A stretch of DNA of 64,000 nucleotides from a virus (IMGVR_UViG_3300032893_002193:1-64000), one strand, 5' to 3'; numbered from the stretch's first letter, positions 39,269 through 50,943 are shown. The notes: generated by a model not told the origin, from the letters alone. Translations and numbers: made by a program.

Positions 39269-40111
39269 ATGAGCTTAACTAACGATCCAACAAGTCAAAT
39301 TAGTAATGCAATATCAGGAGTAAGCTCTTTAGATAGATATACTCTTGAATCACAAAATGCATCCTCAAATAGTGGATTTTCTGCTCCACCGGTACCGTCC
39401 GCTGATAATAATGGTTTGCCATCAAGCAATGTTCCATACAATATAAGAAATTTTTCCCAACAAAGAAATATGGTTCATTTTTTTGTTCCAGAAGTTGGGA
39501 CAGTATCAATGTATATAAATCCACAATCAATCAATTATTCCTTTGAGAAGGTTATTTCACAAGAGAGAACAAAGGGAGGATATTCATTACAATATTGGGG
39601 AGAAACATTACCTACCATTAGATTATCTGGACATACCGGAAGTTCTGGAGTAGAAGGAATAAATGTCTTATATGAGGTTTATAGATCCGAACAATATGTT
39701 TTTGATTCGATTGGTTTAACTATCGCTTCAAATAATTCGGTGTCTGGGTTATCGGATTTATCAACTAATTTATTGGGAAATACTGTTGGTTCTTTAACAA
39801 ATGGATTATTTGATTTAAATCCAATTTCTCAAAGTATTCTACCAAGAAATATACCGACATTAGCTTCTATGGCCTTTACTGTGGAAATGTATTATTCTGG
39901 ATGGGTTTTTAGAGGATATTTTAAATCATTCGGTTTTAATGAATCGGCCGATAGGTTGGGTATATTTAATTATGATATAGATTTTGTCGTAACCCAACGC
40001 AGAGGATATCGAACAAATTCTCTTCCATGGCAACACAGCGCAACATCTGGTCCTAGCAATAATGGTCAAGGAGGAATTCCTTATACATTTGATGGCACCA
40101 CAACATATTAA
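39269..40111 (+). CDS. Baseplate tube-initiator-like protein
   Basis: MYINPQSINYS...TKGGYSLQYWGE...IRLSGHTG and FRGYFKSFGFNESA...FNYDIDFVV tube-like fold pattern; follows the tape measure. Confidence 0.65.
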   Translation: MSLTNDPTSQISNAISGVSSLDRYTLESQNASSNSGFSAPPVPSADNNGLPSSNVPYNIRNFSQQRNMVHFFVPEVGTVSMYINPQSINYSFEKVISQERTKGGYSLQYWGETLPTIRLSGHTGSSGVEGINVLYEVYRSEQYVFDSIGLTIASNNSVSGLSDLSTNLLGNTVGSLTNGLFDLNPISQSILPRNIPTLASMAFTVEMYYSGWVFRGYFKSFGFNESADRLGIFNYDIDFVVTQRRGYRTNSLPWQHSATSGPSNNGQGGIPYTFDGTTTY

Positions 40112-40120
40112 GGTAAGTTA

Positions 40121-43100
40121 ATGGCTTTTTTTGATAATTTAGGATCCCAGTTAGAACAGCAATTTGGATTAGGAGAGAATAAACTTTCTAATTTAGATAT
40201 TGTTAGAGATGGAACCGCTCAAAAATATGGAAAGCTTGGGGATTTTGCAAAAAATATAGATCAATCAGCAGAAAGAAAATGGGTAGAAGATGGTTTCTAT
40301 CGTCCGGATCTTTATAATCAGCAGGCTAAAAATCTTGAAGTTTTGATGCAAGAGCCCGATATAACGGTTTTAATCAAAAAAAGAGCTTTCTCGTCCTTAG
40401 CAGAAAACTTTAGAAGAGATTTAGTAAGCGAGCAGGATACTTTATTTTTAAAAGCAACTAAAATATTATTTCAAAATAAATGTAAACAAATAGCTGCCTT
40501 TGAAAGACTATCTAAAATAGAATCAATCTCAAAGGAATATGGAAGAATAGATTATCACCTTTTACCAATTTTGTTTGCGTCTACCGATGCGCTGGATTCT
40601 TTATCCGGTTCATTAAGTACACCGTTGCAGCAATCATTATCTGGATTTAAAAAAACAGTAGATAAGGTAAGAGAAATTTTAACTCTAAACCGGGACACCA
40701 ATTATACATCGTGGATAGTGGATCTTGATAGTATCTTTAAAACAGATTTTGGAGAAGGATCTGGCGTTATAGAATTAACTTCGATTACTGGAATATCAAC
40801 AACCACAACAATTAGATTTAATGATGGTGGCGCTTCCTTAAATGTAGAAGATCCATACAATATAATGCTAATTACTAATTTGGATATAGATAAGGCTTTA
40901 TCAGATGCACAGAATGTAAATTATAATAGCTCTTTTTATCAACTCGGCATACAGGCATTAAATCAAACAATTAGCGATAGTACTACCAAATTAAATCAAA
41001 TAAGAGCAAACAGAGGGGCAAATCCAATTAGATTTATTGCCAATCCAGATACTTTTCTTGGTAAAAGATTGAGGGCCATTATAGATTATTCTGGAGATGA
41101 AATTAATTTTAATTACTCTCCTCTTGGAACTATCGAAAGCCAATCAAATTATTCCAATGCAGTAAATAGTGTTATCGGAATTACTTCTAATGCAACAAGT
41201 GCGTCCACAGCATTAAGTTTAGACCCAAAAGATTTAATTAATGGGGTTCTCGGTATTAACGGTTTGACTCCGGAAGAAGTACAAATATTTGAGCAAATAG
41301 CGTCTCAATATTTTAATTTAATGCAGGAACAACAAAATGCAAGAAAGGAATATAAGAATTATAACCAAGATCCAAAAATAGAATATGCAAGAAAAAAATT
41401 AAGATTACATTATGGTAATAAATTAATTTTTCAGCCAATGGATGTTGTCCATATTTATATTGATTCTAAAAGACAGCTTGATTCAAAAATTACCGGAGGA
41501 CTACAAACATCATTTAATGCAAATGGATTTTTGCAGAGCGCATCAAATACCGTTCAAGATATAAAAGACTTTTTTAATGTAGCCACCAATCAATCTATCG
41601 AAAAATCCATTATAGTTGGCAATGATTTTCCTAATTGGTTATGGATGATATTTAGAAATCAAATAGTTAACGACACTTCCGGAACACATGTATTTGCCGG
41701 AATTGTTGGAGATTCATCCGTAAGTTATTCTAACGGAAAATATAATATAAGTGTTAATATAAATAATCAAGCCAAATATTTCAATATGGGGGTGGTTAAT
41801 TTTAAACCGGCCGCAGATGTATTTAACGGGGCTCTTTTTGATCCGCTAACTCCATTTGATATACAATTTGATAGCGTTACCGGCTTTCAAAAAGATAGCG
41901 TTCCAGACCTATTGCCAGAAAATAAAGAAATCATAAAATCTACCTTTATTAAATATAAAAATGGACCATATTCTGGCAGAAGACCAACGGAAAAAAATTA
42001 TTTACAAGATGCAGATAGAATTAAAAATAATTCGGTTAGAAGAGTATTCTATGATCCCGATGGCTTTGTTTATAAATGGAAAGAGGGGATAGGAGCCATC
42101 ACATTATTTGGGCAGTCTAATTTACCAAACGATGAAATCTCTCCCGCTTCACCCGCACTAACAGCAGATCCATTTGCAGGACAAGATGTAATGAATGCCT
42201 TGTCTTTGCTTATTTGCGGAGAGCCTTATAATTTTGCAACTTTCTATAAGGCCGCATCAAAAATAGATAATTATGCTCCAGATCCAATAACCGGAAAAAA
42301 TTCTTCTACATCATATTTTAGATCTTTACAGTCAGATTTAAAATATAGAAATTTAATATATGGTGATTTTATTCCATTTAAAAAATTAACCGTTGATAAT
42401 AATACATTTGCCAAAATGGTTTCCGGAGAAATCAGGGCTAACAACTTAAATAGTGAGCTTGCCGTTTTAAATAAGAGAAGGGCAGATCTTGCTGATAAGA
42501 TAGCAACATTTCAATCAAGCGCAAAAACACAATATTTCGATGACACTGCTAAAAAAATAGCCGCTGAAATTTTAGATTTGGACAAACAAATAAATGATAA
42601 GATAGAGGCAATAAATAGAGAGTTAGATACCGGAAATTCTACAAAAGGAAACAAAAAACCATTTTCTGTTATTGGAAATGATATCTCTTATAATTATGAT
42701 GAAAGTTTTTCTGTTGGCCCTGATGATAAAAATAATTTGAGCGAAGAACAGGCCGATGAAATAAGAAAGAAAGTTAATTTTTTGACAAGAAGATTATCGT
42801 GGAAAGTAAGAGCCAATCAAGACGCAAATTTATTTATTGTTGACGATTCATATGATAAGGATTATGACATACAGGCATTTACTTATGATTTCGTTAATCC
42901 AGAATTATTTAAAAGCGAGTACACTACTCCAGGCGATAAAATACCAGATATAGCAATGAAATTAGAACTTGAGGTATTTATAGATACTCAAGGCCATATT
43001 CAAGTAAGACCTCCAAAATATAATAGAATACCAAGTAGCGTTTTTTATAGAATGTTAAGATTAAAAAACGATTACGGAATACAATTATATCCACAATTTC

Positions 43101-45109
43101 TAGAAGAATTATTTGTTAATCAAATAAATAACGCATTATCTTTAGTTGAAACAAAAGAAGATGAAATTAGAATATTTTGTGCAGCTATAGGTAAGACTAC
43201 CGATAAGGATGCTGAAGATTTTATTAATAAGAGCTCGGCATCGTATGGTTCTGGTGGCAATAAATTTAAGTTTTTATCGAGCAGAGTAACCGGAAAAATT
43301 CTTTCTGGTTATGAGGGATTATATAATTTATTTATTTCAAAAGATCCTGATGTTCAAAATGCATCTCAACAAGGAAAATTAGAGGCACAAAACGCAACAC
43401 TTAATCGTGCATTAGGGGCAGTGGTTTCGCAAAATTCAATATCTCAACTTTTTGATTTTAAGACACAATCAGATATAGTTAATAGAAACTTCGTTATTCA
43501 ACAAGATTCAAATAATAACTATAAGGTTTCTCCGGTTTATAGTGATGCTCCAAAACTAACAACTACAGAAGATGCGGCATATAATACTATTGATTCCATT
43601 AACAATAGATTAATGATATCTACCGGACAAAAGATCGATATTAAACAATTATTTTCCAATAGCACTAAATATTTAAGTGGCGCAGGGTTAAGTAGTGTTG
43701 ACTTATTAAATATTACTCAAAACATAGCCGAAAGACTAAATGAAAGACAGAGATTAATTAAAGTTGCCTCAAATGCTATTAAAAATGCTAAAGAGGGAGC
43801 GTCATTAGCAGAAAATAAAGATAACGAAGGTAATAAATTACTATATCCAAATCTTTACGATACTAAAAATATTCCAGCAGCATTAAAATATATGATTGAA
43901 GATGAATCATATGATGATCTTGGTCCTGGATCTGGGAAAAGATATGTTATTGAAGATTATGATATTATAAGTTTTACATATAACGAGAAGGCTCCTGAAC
44001 ATACGGTAATACAAGTATCAGGAGTAATAGATTTAGCGTTAGGCCAGAATAATGTAGATGGGGTCTCTGCATTTGATGATAATGCGAATGGAATAACTAC
44101 CGCCGCCGCAGTGGATTATGATATGTGGAGAATGTACGGAGTAAGATCTCCTCAAACAATTACGGCTCCATTTTTAAATAATCCAGAAACACAATCTGCT
44201 CCATATGCAGTCTCTCTTTTAAATCAATCAAGAAAGAATATTTTAAGAGCATCAATGACTGTTGTTGGAAATGAGTATTATCAGCCAGGAGAAGTTGTTT
44301 ATGTAAAGAAATTAGATATGTTATTTTATGTAGAGGCAGTAAATCATAATTTTACATATGGATCGTCATTTACTACATCTCTAACACTATGTTATGGTCA
44401 TAATCCGGGAGAATATATTCCGACCGCAGTTGATGTAATCGGAAAAATATTATATAAAAATAAAGACATAACAAATTTGGTTCATAATGGTCATGGGCAA
44501 GGCGATGTGTATAATCAACAACCACTAGGGGCTATAATTGGTAATGCTCAAAATATGAATGACGGCTCTCTTCTCACTAATTCAGATGCGGTTAGAGACT
44601 TGACTTATAATAGTAAGACTTTAGCAAATATATTACAACTTGCAAGACCGGCATTAGCAGGATCTACTAAAGATACAGAGGTAACGCTGGAATTAAGATA
44701 TTTTTATGATAGCTCTACCACTTCTTTTGTCACCGCATCTTCTTATGCCACCAATTTAGCAACAGAAATTAAGAAGTTTCTAATAGGCGGAAATGAGTTG
44801 GAGGATACATTATTTAGCTCAACGGCAAAACAAAATAACTTAACATATCTAAAAGAATTTGAACAACAAATAATAATTACTCCGGTCGATACGAATATAA
44901 AAAATAAAAGCATTAATGTCGGAACTACAAGTGCATCTGCTGATTTTAGATATCCATCAAAAGAGGCTTATGCTCAGGCAAGAACGATGCTTTTGTCGCA
45001 ATCACAAAACTCTAATACATTATCTTCATCTGATATAGATAATGTGATATATAATTATGTTGTAGATTGTTGGTTATTCTTTAATAATAAAAATAATACG
45101 AGGCAATAG
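40121..45109 (+). CDS. Baseplate hub protein (T4 gp27/Mu gp44-like), greatly expanded
   Basis: HVFAGIVGD, LEVFIDTQGHIQVRPP and SMTVVGNEYYQPGEVVYV...FYVEAVNHNFTYGSSFTTSLTL hub signatures; coiled-coil insertions. Confidence 0.75.
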   Translation: MAFFDNLGSQLEQQFGLGENKLSNLDIVRDGTAQKYGKLGDFAKNIDQSAERKWVEDGFYRPDLYNQQAKNLEVLMQEPDITVLIKKRAFSSLAENFRRDLVSEQDTLFLKATKILFQNKCKQIAAFERLSKIESISKEYGRIDYHLLPILFASTDALDSLSGSLSTPLQQSLSGFKKTVDKVREILTLNRDTNYTSWIVDLDSIFKTDFGEGSGVIELTSITGISTTTTIRFNDGGASLNVEDPYNIMLITNLDIDKALSDAQNVNYNSSFYQLGIQALNQTISDSTTKLNQIRANRGANPIRFIANPDTFLGKRLRAIIDYSGDEINFNYSPLGTIESQSNYSNAVNSVIGITSNATSASTALSLDPKDLINGVLGINGLTPEEVQIFEQIASQYFNLMQEQQNARKEYKNYNQDPKIEYARKKLRLHYGNKLIFQPMDVVHIYIDSKRQLDSKITGGLQTSFNANGFLQSASNTVQDIKDFFNVATNQSIEKSIIVGNDFPNWLWMIFRNQIVNDTSGTHVFAGIVGDSSVSYSNGKYNISVNINNQAKYFNMGVVNFKPAADVFNGALFDPLTPFDIQFDSVTGFQKDSVPDLLPENKEIIKSTFIKYKNGPYSGRRPTEKNYLQDADRIKNNSVRRVFYDPDGFVYKWKEGIGAITLFGQSNLPNDEISPASPALTADPFAGQDVMNALSLLICGEPYNFATFYKAASKIDNYAPDPITGKNSSTSYFRSLQSDLKYRNLIYGDFIPFKKLTVDNNTFAKMVSGEIRANNLNSELAVLNKRRADLADKIATFQSSAKTQYFDDTAKKIAAEILDLDKQINDKIEAINRELDTGNSTKGNKKPFSVIGNDISYNYDESFSVGPDDKNNLSEEQADEIRKKVNFLTRRLSWKVRANQDANLFIVDDSYDKDYDIQAFTYDFVNPELFKSEYTTPGDKIPDIAMKLELEVFIDTQGHIQVRPPKYNRIPSSVFYRMLRLKNDYGIQLYPQFLEELFVNQINNALSLVETKEDEIRIFCAAIGKTTDKDAEDFINKSSASYGSGGNKFKFLSSRVTGKILSGYEGLYNLFISKDPDVQNASQQGKLEAQNATLNRALGAVVSQNSISQLFDFKTQSDIVNRNFVIQQDSNNNYKVSPVYSDAPKLTTTEDAAYNTIDSINNRLMISTGQKIDIKQLFSNSTKYLSGAGLSSVDLLNITQNIAERLNERQRLIKVASNAIKNAKEGASLAENKDNEGNKLLYPNLYDTKNIPAALKYMIEDESYDDLGPGSGKRYVIEDYDIISFTYNEKAPEHTVIQVSGVIDLALGQNNVDGVSAFDDNANGITTAAAVDYDMWRMYGVRSPQTITAPFLNNPETQSAPYAVSLLNQSRKNILRASMTVVGNEYYQPGEVVYVKKLDMLFYVEAVNHNFTYGSSFTTSLTLCYGHNPGEYIPTAVDVIGKILYKNKDITNLVHNGHGQGDVYNQQPLGAIIGNAQNMNDGSLLTNSDAVRDLTYNSKTLANILQLARPALAGSTKDTEVTLELRYFYDSSTTSFVTASSYATNLATEIKKFLIGGNELEDTLFSSTAKQNNLTYLKEFEQQIIITPVDTNIKNKSINVGTTSASADFRYPSKEAYAQARTMLLSQSQNSNTLSSSDIDNVIYNYVVDCWLFFNNKNNTRQ

Positions 45110-47130
45110 TGGTTAAATTTAAAAATTCAGAAGAAATAACCATTCAAAGGTTGCAAGGACCGCTTCGTACTGGGACTATCGTAGGATTTAATCCAGATAC
45201 AAGTATCGTTGATGTAGAGTTTGGTCAATCTATCTTTGGTCCTAAAAATTATAAAAGAGTGCAAGCACAATTGCCCGCTTCATTTTTGGGAACAAAGTCT
45301 GGCTCTTATATTGGTGGATATCCTGAATCTGGAACGCCTGTATTGATGGCGCCGGGAGATGGAAATATTTGGTTTATTGTTAGCTATTTACCGCAAGATC
45401 CATCAACGCAAAGTTCATTAAAGCCATCATCTGTTCCTGATTTAAAAAGTGGAACTATAAATATAAGAAATAAAAATAATTATATTAATTTAGATTATAA
45501 TGATGGTATATTTGCCGGAGATGATGTTAGCCAAAAAATTCTTGATACAAAAAGATCTATTGCCGCAAATACATTTAAAAACAATTATTCATTTTCTGAA
45601 GGCGGAAGATCTATAGATGGTATAATTTTTAGAGATGTTAAACCAAATGCATACCAAGCTGGGTCATTAAAAGAAACTGATTTAAAATATACAGATACAT
45701 TAAAAATAATTGGTATGGATCCTGTTGTTAGAAATAGCAGCTCGAATGAGGGCAGCTATATTAAAAATCCCAGCAGGGTAGAAAAAAGAGAAATAGTCTT
45801 CGAATATGCTAAAAGTTATAATGTCTCATCTAATGATGTAGAGTTAAATTCATACAAAGACTCTAAAAACATAACCATATCAAGTGCTATTACGAGAAGA
45901 AATAGCCGGGCAGATGCATTAAGTTTAAGTTTAGTTTCTCCTAATTTTTTAATGGAAACTATTAAGGGGACAGTTGTAGACATATACGGAAATATACTTG
46001 ATTTAAATAGAAATGTTATTCCAATTGGCAAAACCGATGATTTATCATTGTCTAAAATTAAAGATACTGCAAGCAATGTTGATGATGGTAGTAATGTTTA
46101 TTTAAATATCAAAAGATCTGAACGGCGAAGTGTTGCATTTCATTTCGAGTTAAATGCAAGAAAAGATTTACTATCTCCTCCAGAGGCCTCTAATCAATCA
46201 ATTGCCACTCAAAATTATGGAAGAGATAGAAGTAGATTTTATTTCGATGTAGATAAGGAAGGGCAGTTCAAATTAAATGTTCCCGCCTCATCTGAATACG
46301 GAAATGTTGGATTGCTGGCAAGATATGAAAATTATTCTACAGTTTATCCAAATGATCAAACCAAAGATCCTAATGATTATTCTCCAAATGATGACAATAT
46401 AGATGTGTTGTTAGATAGTTTTGCTAAAGGAGTTGTAGATATTGTTGATAAAAATGGAAGAATAGTATCTCCATTAGATAGATTTTCATCATCATCTAAA
46501 CACCTTAAGCATGGAACGGTATATCATGATATCTCTAATACATGTATAGCATTTCAGAGCAGTCAAATATCTTCAAATGAATATCAACCTACGACAAGTT
46601 ATGGTTTAGGAAGAATACCATTTGTGCAAAATATAGTTAGTAATAATATTATTTTTGGCAAAAATGCTGGCGGTAGATCTGGAAATATTAATTTTGACGG
46701 ATCTATAGAGGTGAATATTGGCGCTAACACCATAGATAGACAATCTGTTTGGCTTGACACTCAGGGCGGAATCATAGGAAATGTCGGAAGAGACCTAAAT
46801 AACAATATAAGTGTTGCATTAAGTTGTGACGGTGAGATTTTAATTTCTTCTGGCGGAACTACACCAAGCGAAGACACCAGATTTACTGGACAAAATAATG
46901 CTCATATGTCAGGCGTTATTGATATGAGAGTATTTAATTCCAATTCAAATGAGATAACTATGATTAGAATAGATTCGGAAGGCGTTACTGTTAGCACTCC
47001 TGGACGAATTGTATTTTACTCTAATCAAGATATGCTTTTCCGTTCTAAGAGCAGAATAGCTATGGAGGCGCCGGTTTTGGAGTTACAGGATAGAATAGTT
47101 AAGAGAGATCCGGGAGCAGGAAGTATATAG
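45109..47130 (+). CDS. Baseplate central spike protein (gp5/gpV-like)
   Basis: N-terminal OB-fold pattern (GTIVGFN...GGYPESGTPVLM...WFIVSY) and C-terminal beta-strand repeats; GTG start overlaps the hub stop. Confidence 0.7.
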   Translation: MVKFKNSEEITIQRLQGPLRTGTIVGFNPDTSIVDVEFGQSIFGPKNYKRVQAQLPASFLGTKSGSYIGGYPESGTPVLMAPGDGNIWFIVSYLPQDPSTQSSLKPSSVPDLKSGTINIRNKNNYINLDYNDGIFAGDDVSQKILDTKRSIAANTFKNNYSFSEGGRSIDGIIFRDVKPNAYQAGSLKETDLKYTDTLKIIGMDPVVRNSSSNEGSYIKNPSRVEKREIVFEYAKSYNVSSNDVELNSYKDSKNITISSAITRRNSRADALSLSLVSPNFLMETIKGTVVDIYGNILDLNRNVIPIGKTDDLSLSKIKDTASNVDDGSNVYLNIKRSERRSVAFHFELNARKDLLSPPEASNQSIATQNYGRDRSRFYFDVDKEGQFKLNVPASSEYGNVGLLARYENYSTVYPNDQTKDPNDYSPNDDNIDVLLDSFAKGVVDIVDKNGRIVSPLDRFSSSSKHLKHGTVYHDISNTCIAFQSSQISSNEYQPTTSYGLGRIPFVQNIVSNNIIFGKNAGGRSGNINFDGSIEVNIGANTIDRQSVWLDTQGGIIGNVGRDLNNNISVALSCDGEILISSGGTTPSEDTRFTGQNNAHMSGVIDMRVFNSNSNEITMIRIDSEGVTVSTPGRIVFYSNQDMLFRSKSRIAMEAPVLELQDRIVKRDPGAGSI

Positions 47131-47133
47131 AAT

Positions 47134-47174
<41 letters not shown>

Positions 47175-47181
47175 GAATCTA

Positions 47182-49269
47182 ATGTCACCTTGTACGCCAT
47201 TACAATCATCTGTTATAATTCCAGGGCCTTCTTCTGGAATATCTGGATTTGCCCCACAAACTCCTTCATTACAATTTCCTTTTCCGACCCTTCCGTTTGA
47301 AGATTTAGGAGGAATATTTGATAGTCTTTCTTTAATCTTACCAAGCGGAACATTAAGGCCGGAGTTATCTGCTAATTTCTCAAGAGATATACTCGATGGT
47401 GTTTCTTCGTTGTTGTCAAAGTTTGCTCCATTCTTATCGATGTATACATTCTTTTTGCCGGTTTTAAATTTAATTTTATGTATTATTGAGGTTATATGTA
47501 GTATTCCTAATCCATTTAAATTGATTAGGGCGGTTATTAGATTATTTAGAAACTGTATTCCAGAATTCTTAGCGCTATTCCCTATGTTTGCGCTTCCGAT
47601 TATGATATTATCGTTATTATTATTGATATTAACTTTAATTATCTATTTATTAGAAAGAATATTAACCATTATACAATTAATTATAGATAATATTAATACT
47701 CTTGGTAAGGCATCGGCAAGACTTGATAATGATAGTATAATAGCAATAACAAGAAAAATAGGTGATTTGATTTGTTTATTGCAGAATTTATTTGTTGTTT
47801 TAGGCGGAATAATTTTAATTATACAAGTCATAGAATCAATTATAAAGCTCTCATTTAAAATACCTCCGTGTGATGATGGTGATAGTAGTAATGATGGTTG
47901 CTGCACTCCAGATATATGTCCGTCATTCTTAAAAAATAATAATACAATTACCGGATCTTCTGGATTCTTGCAGTATTTTAATGAAGTTGGAAAAGATTCT
48001 GGATTATCTTTGCCTCCAGGATTTCCTCCAATATCATCTGCACTTAGAAATGAAAGCTGGCAGTTCTACGATCCAAATCTAACTGGATATAGTCAATTTA
48101 ATAATATTACCCATGCAGTTGATTTACCGGCCGGCACAACAAAGATATTTTTCCCGACAACAAAAACATTTACTGCAACAACACCTTCTGATCAGGCACC
48201 ATATACCGTTGATTTAAGACTTTTCTACAATCCAACTTCATTTGGACGAGTCGATATACTTGGACCCAGATATTTAAGAGTAAACGGATGCGTGGTTACA
48301 TCTCCTCCTGTTGATGGGGTATCAGACTATGAGAATAATCTACAGTCTCCAACCAACGGAACCTTATTTTTAGCTGGTGGAATGGCATATGAGGATGACA
48401 ATCAAACAGTTATGAAGATTAACCCTTCAGATACATCTCCGGCAACACTGAATACTCTGGTTCACACAGATGCCGTTATATCATCAAGCCCGTCCTTATC
48501 TCCTACTGATGGATATTTATTCCAAGATATAACATATACATTTAACATTAATCACTCAATTCTTCTTGGCGATGGACTAATTACTACCGGATGTGTTCCA
48601 GAAGTTAATCAGAATAAAAACATAATTAATAATGCTTTAAATTTGCCGGATCTTACAGGTATTATTTTGCCAGATGTAAATGCTGCAAAAGAATGTGTAA
48701 TTAATGCGCTAACTACATTTAGACAAAGCGTTTCTATTGACTCTGCTAATAAACTACAAGAAGATATTACAAATTGTCTAAATATATTAAAAAATGATAC
48801 CTCTGCAGCTGCCATACAAGCAATTTTAGCCGCTTATAGTCAATATAAGAGTTATTGTGTGGTAGATCCAACAATTCAATTTACGACATATCCAATTAAG
48901 GTTTCTGTTCATCTAAATGATCAAAATGGAAACTCTATAATTAATAATTTGCCAGCAGACATAGCAAGCGCGCTGATTCCAAAATTGAAGGCAGATATTA
49001 ATTTTGGAAATATCAGTCCCTTCACATATGATGGATATGGCTTATTCATTGCGGATATAACAAGCAATGTTCCAGGAAACGGAACAATTCAAATGTCTTT
49101 TGATAATAAATATTTCAGTACATTCGTTAATCCTTCAGATATTACTCAGCTTCCAAGTGTATCAATTAATAAGGTTCCATATACATTCGTTCTTGCTGGT
49201 CCAATGAAAGATATTGCGAGAAGAGATGAAGGCGATGTATCAAGAGCCAATAGCGATGGAAGTGGATAA
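47182..49269 (+). CDS. Baseplate-region protein with long hydrophobic helical N-terminal domain and C-terminal Ig-like domain
   Basis: Residues about 80-220 are strongly hydrophobic (e.g. FALPIMILSLLLLILTLIIYLL), followed by Cys-rich CDDG...GCCTPDICP; AGGA RBS. Confidence 0.75.
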   Translation: MSPCTPLQSSVIIPGPSSGISGFAPQTPSLQFPFPTLPFEDLGGIFDSLSLILPSGTLRPELSANFSRDILDGVSSLLSKFAPFLSMYTFFLPVLNLILCIIEVICSIPNPFKLIRAVIRLFRNCIPEFLALFPMFALPIMILSLLLLILTLIIYLLERILTIIQLIIDNINTLGKASARLDNDSIIAITRKIGDLICLLQNLFVVLGGIILIIQVIESIIKLSFKIPPCDDGDSSNDGCCTPDICPSFLKNNNTITGSSGFLQYFNEVGKDSGLSLPPGFPPISSALRNESWQFYDPNLTGYSQFNNITHAVDLPAGTTKIFFPTTKTFTATTPSDQAPYTVDLRLFYNPTSFGRVDILGPRYLRVNGCVVTSPPVDGVSDYENNLQSPTNGTLFLAGGMAYEDDNQTVMKINPSDTSPATLNTLVHTDAVISSSPSLSPTDGYLFQDITYTFNINHSILLGDGLITTGCVPEVNQNKNIINNALNLPDLTGIILPDVNAAKECVINALTTFRQSVSIDSANKLQEDITNCLNILKNDTSAAAIQAILAAYSQYKSYCVVDPTIQFTTYPIKVSVHLNDQNGNSIINNLPADIASALIPKLKADINFGNISPFTYDGYGLFIADITSNVPGNGTIQMSFDNKYFSTFVNPSDITQLPSVSINKVPYTFVLAGPMKDIARRDEGDVSRANSDGSG

Positions 49270-50918
49270 TGGTTTCTAATAATAAAAATATCAATTATTA
49301 TAGCACCCAGGATTCGGTTAATGTCGATATCGATGATCTTTATAATAAGATCATAAAGCAAATAGATTTTTTCAGAAGCCACTGTTATGCCTTGATTCCA
49401 AAGTTAAATAATGCGTTATCAGTCTCTTCTATTGATGATATACTTTCCGACTCAGATGTTATAACAACAGCCTATCAAGAAAGCAGGTGCAGCGCTTTTT
49501 ATAGAATGGTTGGCTTTCCAGTAGTTGATAAAGATTTGAAATTTTATAGCCCAGGATTTGATCCAACATTAAATAGAAATGAAGATTTGCTTGAAAATAA
49601 TATAAAAATAGCTAATAATATGGCTCCAAACTTAAAAACAATTCTTAATCAAAGAGAAGCTATATTTGTAAAAAATAAAAATCTATTGGCTAAACAGGAT
49701 ATCAATTCTATTAGTGCATCTATAGCATCTATATATGTAAGACCGTTTGATCTTCAGATTAAAAATCCAGATAAACCATTTGATATAGATTTCAAAGATC
49801 AGGTTTTTAAAATATCAAACAGAACCTTAATAAAAACAACATACTTTCAAGATCTTTCTAACGACATTACCTTTCCAATAGATCAAAGCGTTCATCCTAT
49901 TGCTCCATTTATGGCCGATCCAAGAATAGATTTTACTGTTATGCCTACAAAAAACAGAATAACAGTTCCTTTTCCATTAGATGCGGCCGACACAAGAATA
50001 AATGGCGGCTCTAATCAAATAAATTTAAAAAGACCATACATAGAGAAGGTAATTACAACTCGTCTAAATAATAGGAATGTATTTAATGACAGTACGATTG
50101 ATCAGTCGGTGCAAAGTAATTTAGATTCCGTTCTTTCTGACATACAAGAGTTATCCGCAATAAAAGATCCTAAATTTGATGATATTAAATCGAATATAGC
50201 GAAAAATTTATATGGTTCTGAGGTTTTTACACTAACTAAATATCTCAATATGATGACTGATATAATTGATATTTTGTGCAAATCAATAGAACTAATTAAT
50301 AACACAAGAAATAAAATAAACTGGATGCCCGTTCCGTCTGATAGGTATGGTTTAGAGCAAGATATAACAAATAAAGAACCAACGATAGCAGATGATTTAA
50401 GAAATAGTCAGATAGACCGGGATATTATTGAGCTGACAAACAAAAAAATAGTTCACGAATTTAATTTAGTTGGAAATACCGATACCGATGTTGGTGGGTT
50501 TGCGTTTTCAAATTTAGATGACATAGTTCTTGGAGATTTTAAAAGCACCACCAGCTATTTTGATAACCAGATTGACTCTCTTAATAATCAGAGGAAAAAT
50601 CTATATAAAAAAGCAAATGATGCCTTGCGTACGGTAGAAATAATTACCGGAGAATTTAGTGGTTTAGGCTTAATAGATATATTAGCAATTCAAGCCGCTC
50701 TATGGTCTATTAGTATAGAATCGCTGGTCGGGCTAATAGATAAAAGAGCATTTGATAGAATGAGCAATATTCCTTATTTACAACAGGCCGTTCAAAGCAC
50801 TGCAAGAAATGATATAACGACCTCTATGCAGGAATTTGGAAGAAAATTATCTGATATTTATACCTTATTACAAAAGCAATTTAATGGAGAAATTGCCTAT
50901 TTTTCAACAAATAGTTAA
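49269..50918 (+). CDS. Hypothetical baseplate-region protein
   Basis: 549 aa, TAATG-coupled to the upstream gene; conserved-looking ESRCSAFYRMVGFPV and GEFSGLGLIDI segments. Confidence 0.75.
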   Translation: MVSNNKNINYYSTQDSVNVDIDDLYNKIIKQIDFFRSHCYALIPKLNNALSVSSIDDILSDSDVITTAYQESRCSAFYRMVGFPVVDKDLKFYSPGFDPTLNRNEDLLENNIKIANNMAPNLKTILNQREAIFVKNKNLLAKQDINSISASIASIYVRPFDLQIKNPDKPFDIDFKDQVFKISNRTLIKTTYFQDLSNDITFPIDQSVHPIAPFMADPRIDFTVMPTKNRITVPFPLDAADTRINGGSNQINLKRPYIEKVITTRLNNRNVFNDSTIDQSVQSNLDSVLSDIQELSAIKDPKFDDIKSNIAKNLYGSEVFTLTKYLNMMTDIIDILCKSIELINNTRNKINWMPVPSDRYGLEQDITNKEPTIADDLRNSQIDRDIIELTNKKIVHEFNLVGNTDTDVGGFAFSNLDDIVLGDFKSTTSYFDNQIDSLNNQRKNLYKKANDALRTVEIITGEFSGLGLIDILAIQAALWSISIESLVGLIDKRAFDRMSNIPYLQQAVQSTARNDITTSMQEFGRKLSDIYTLLQKQFNGEIAYFSTNS

Positions 50919-50943
50919 TAATTAGTATTGCGAAAATTGTCTC

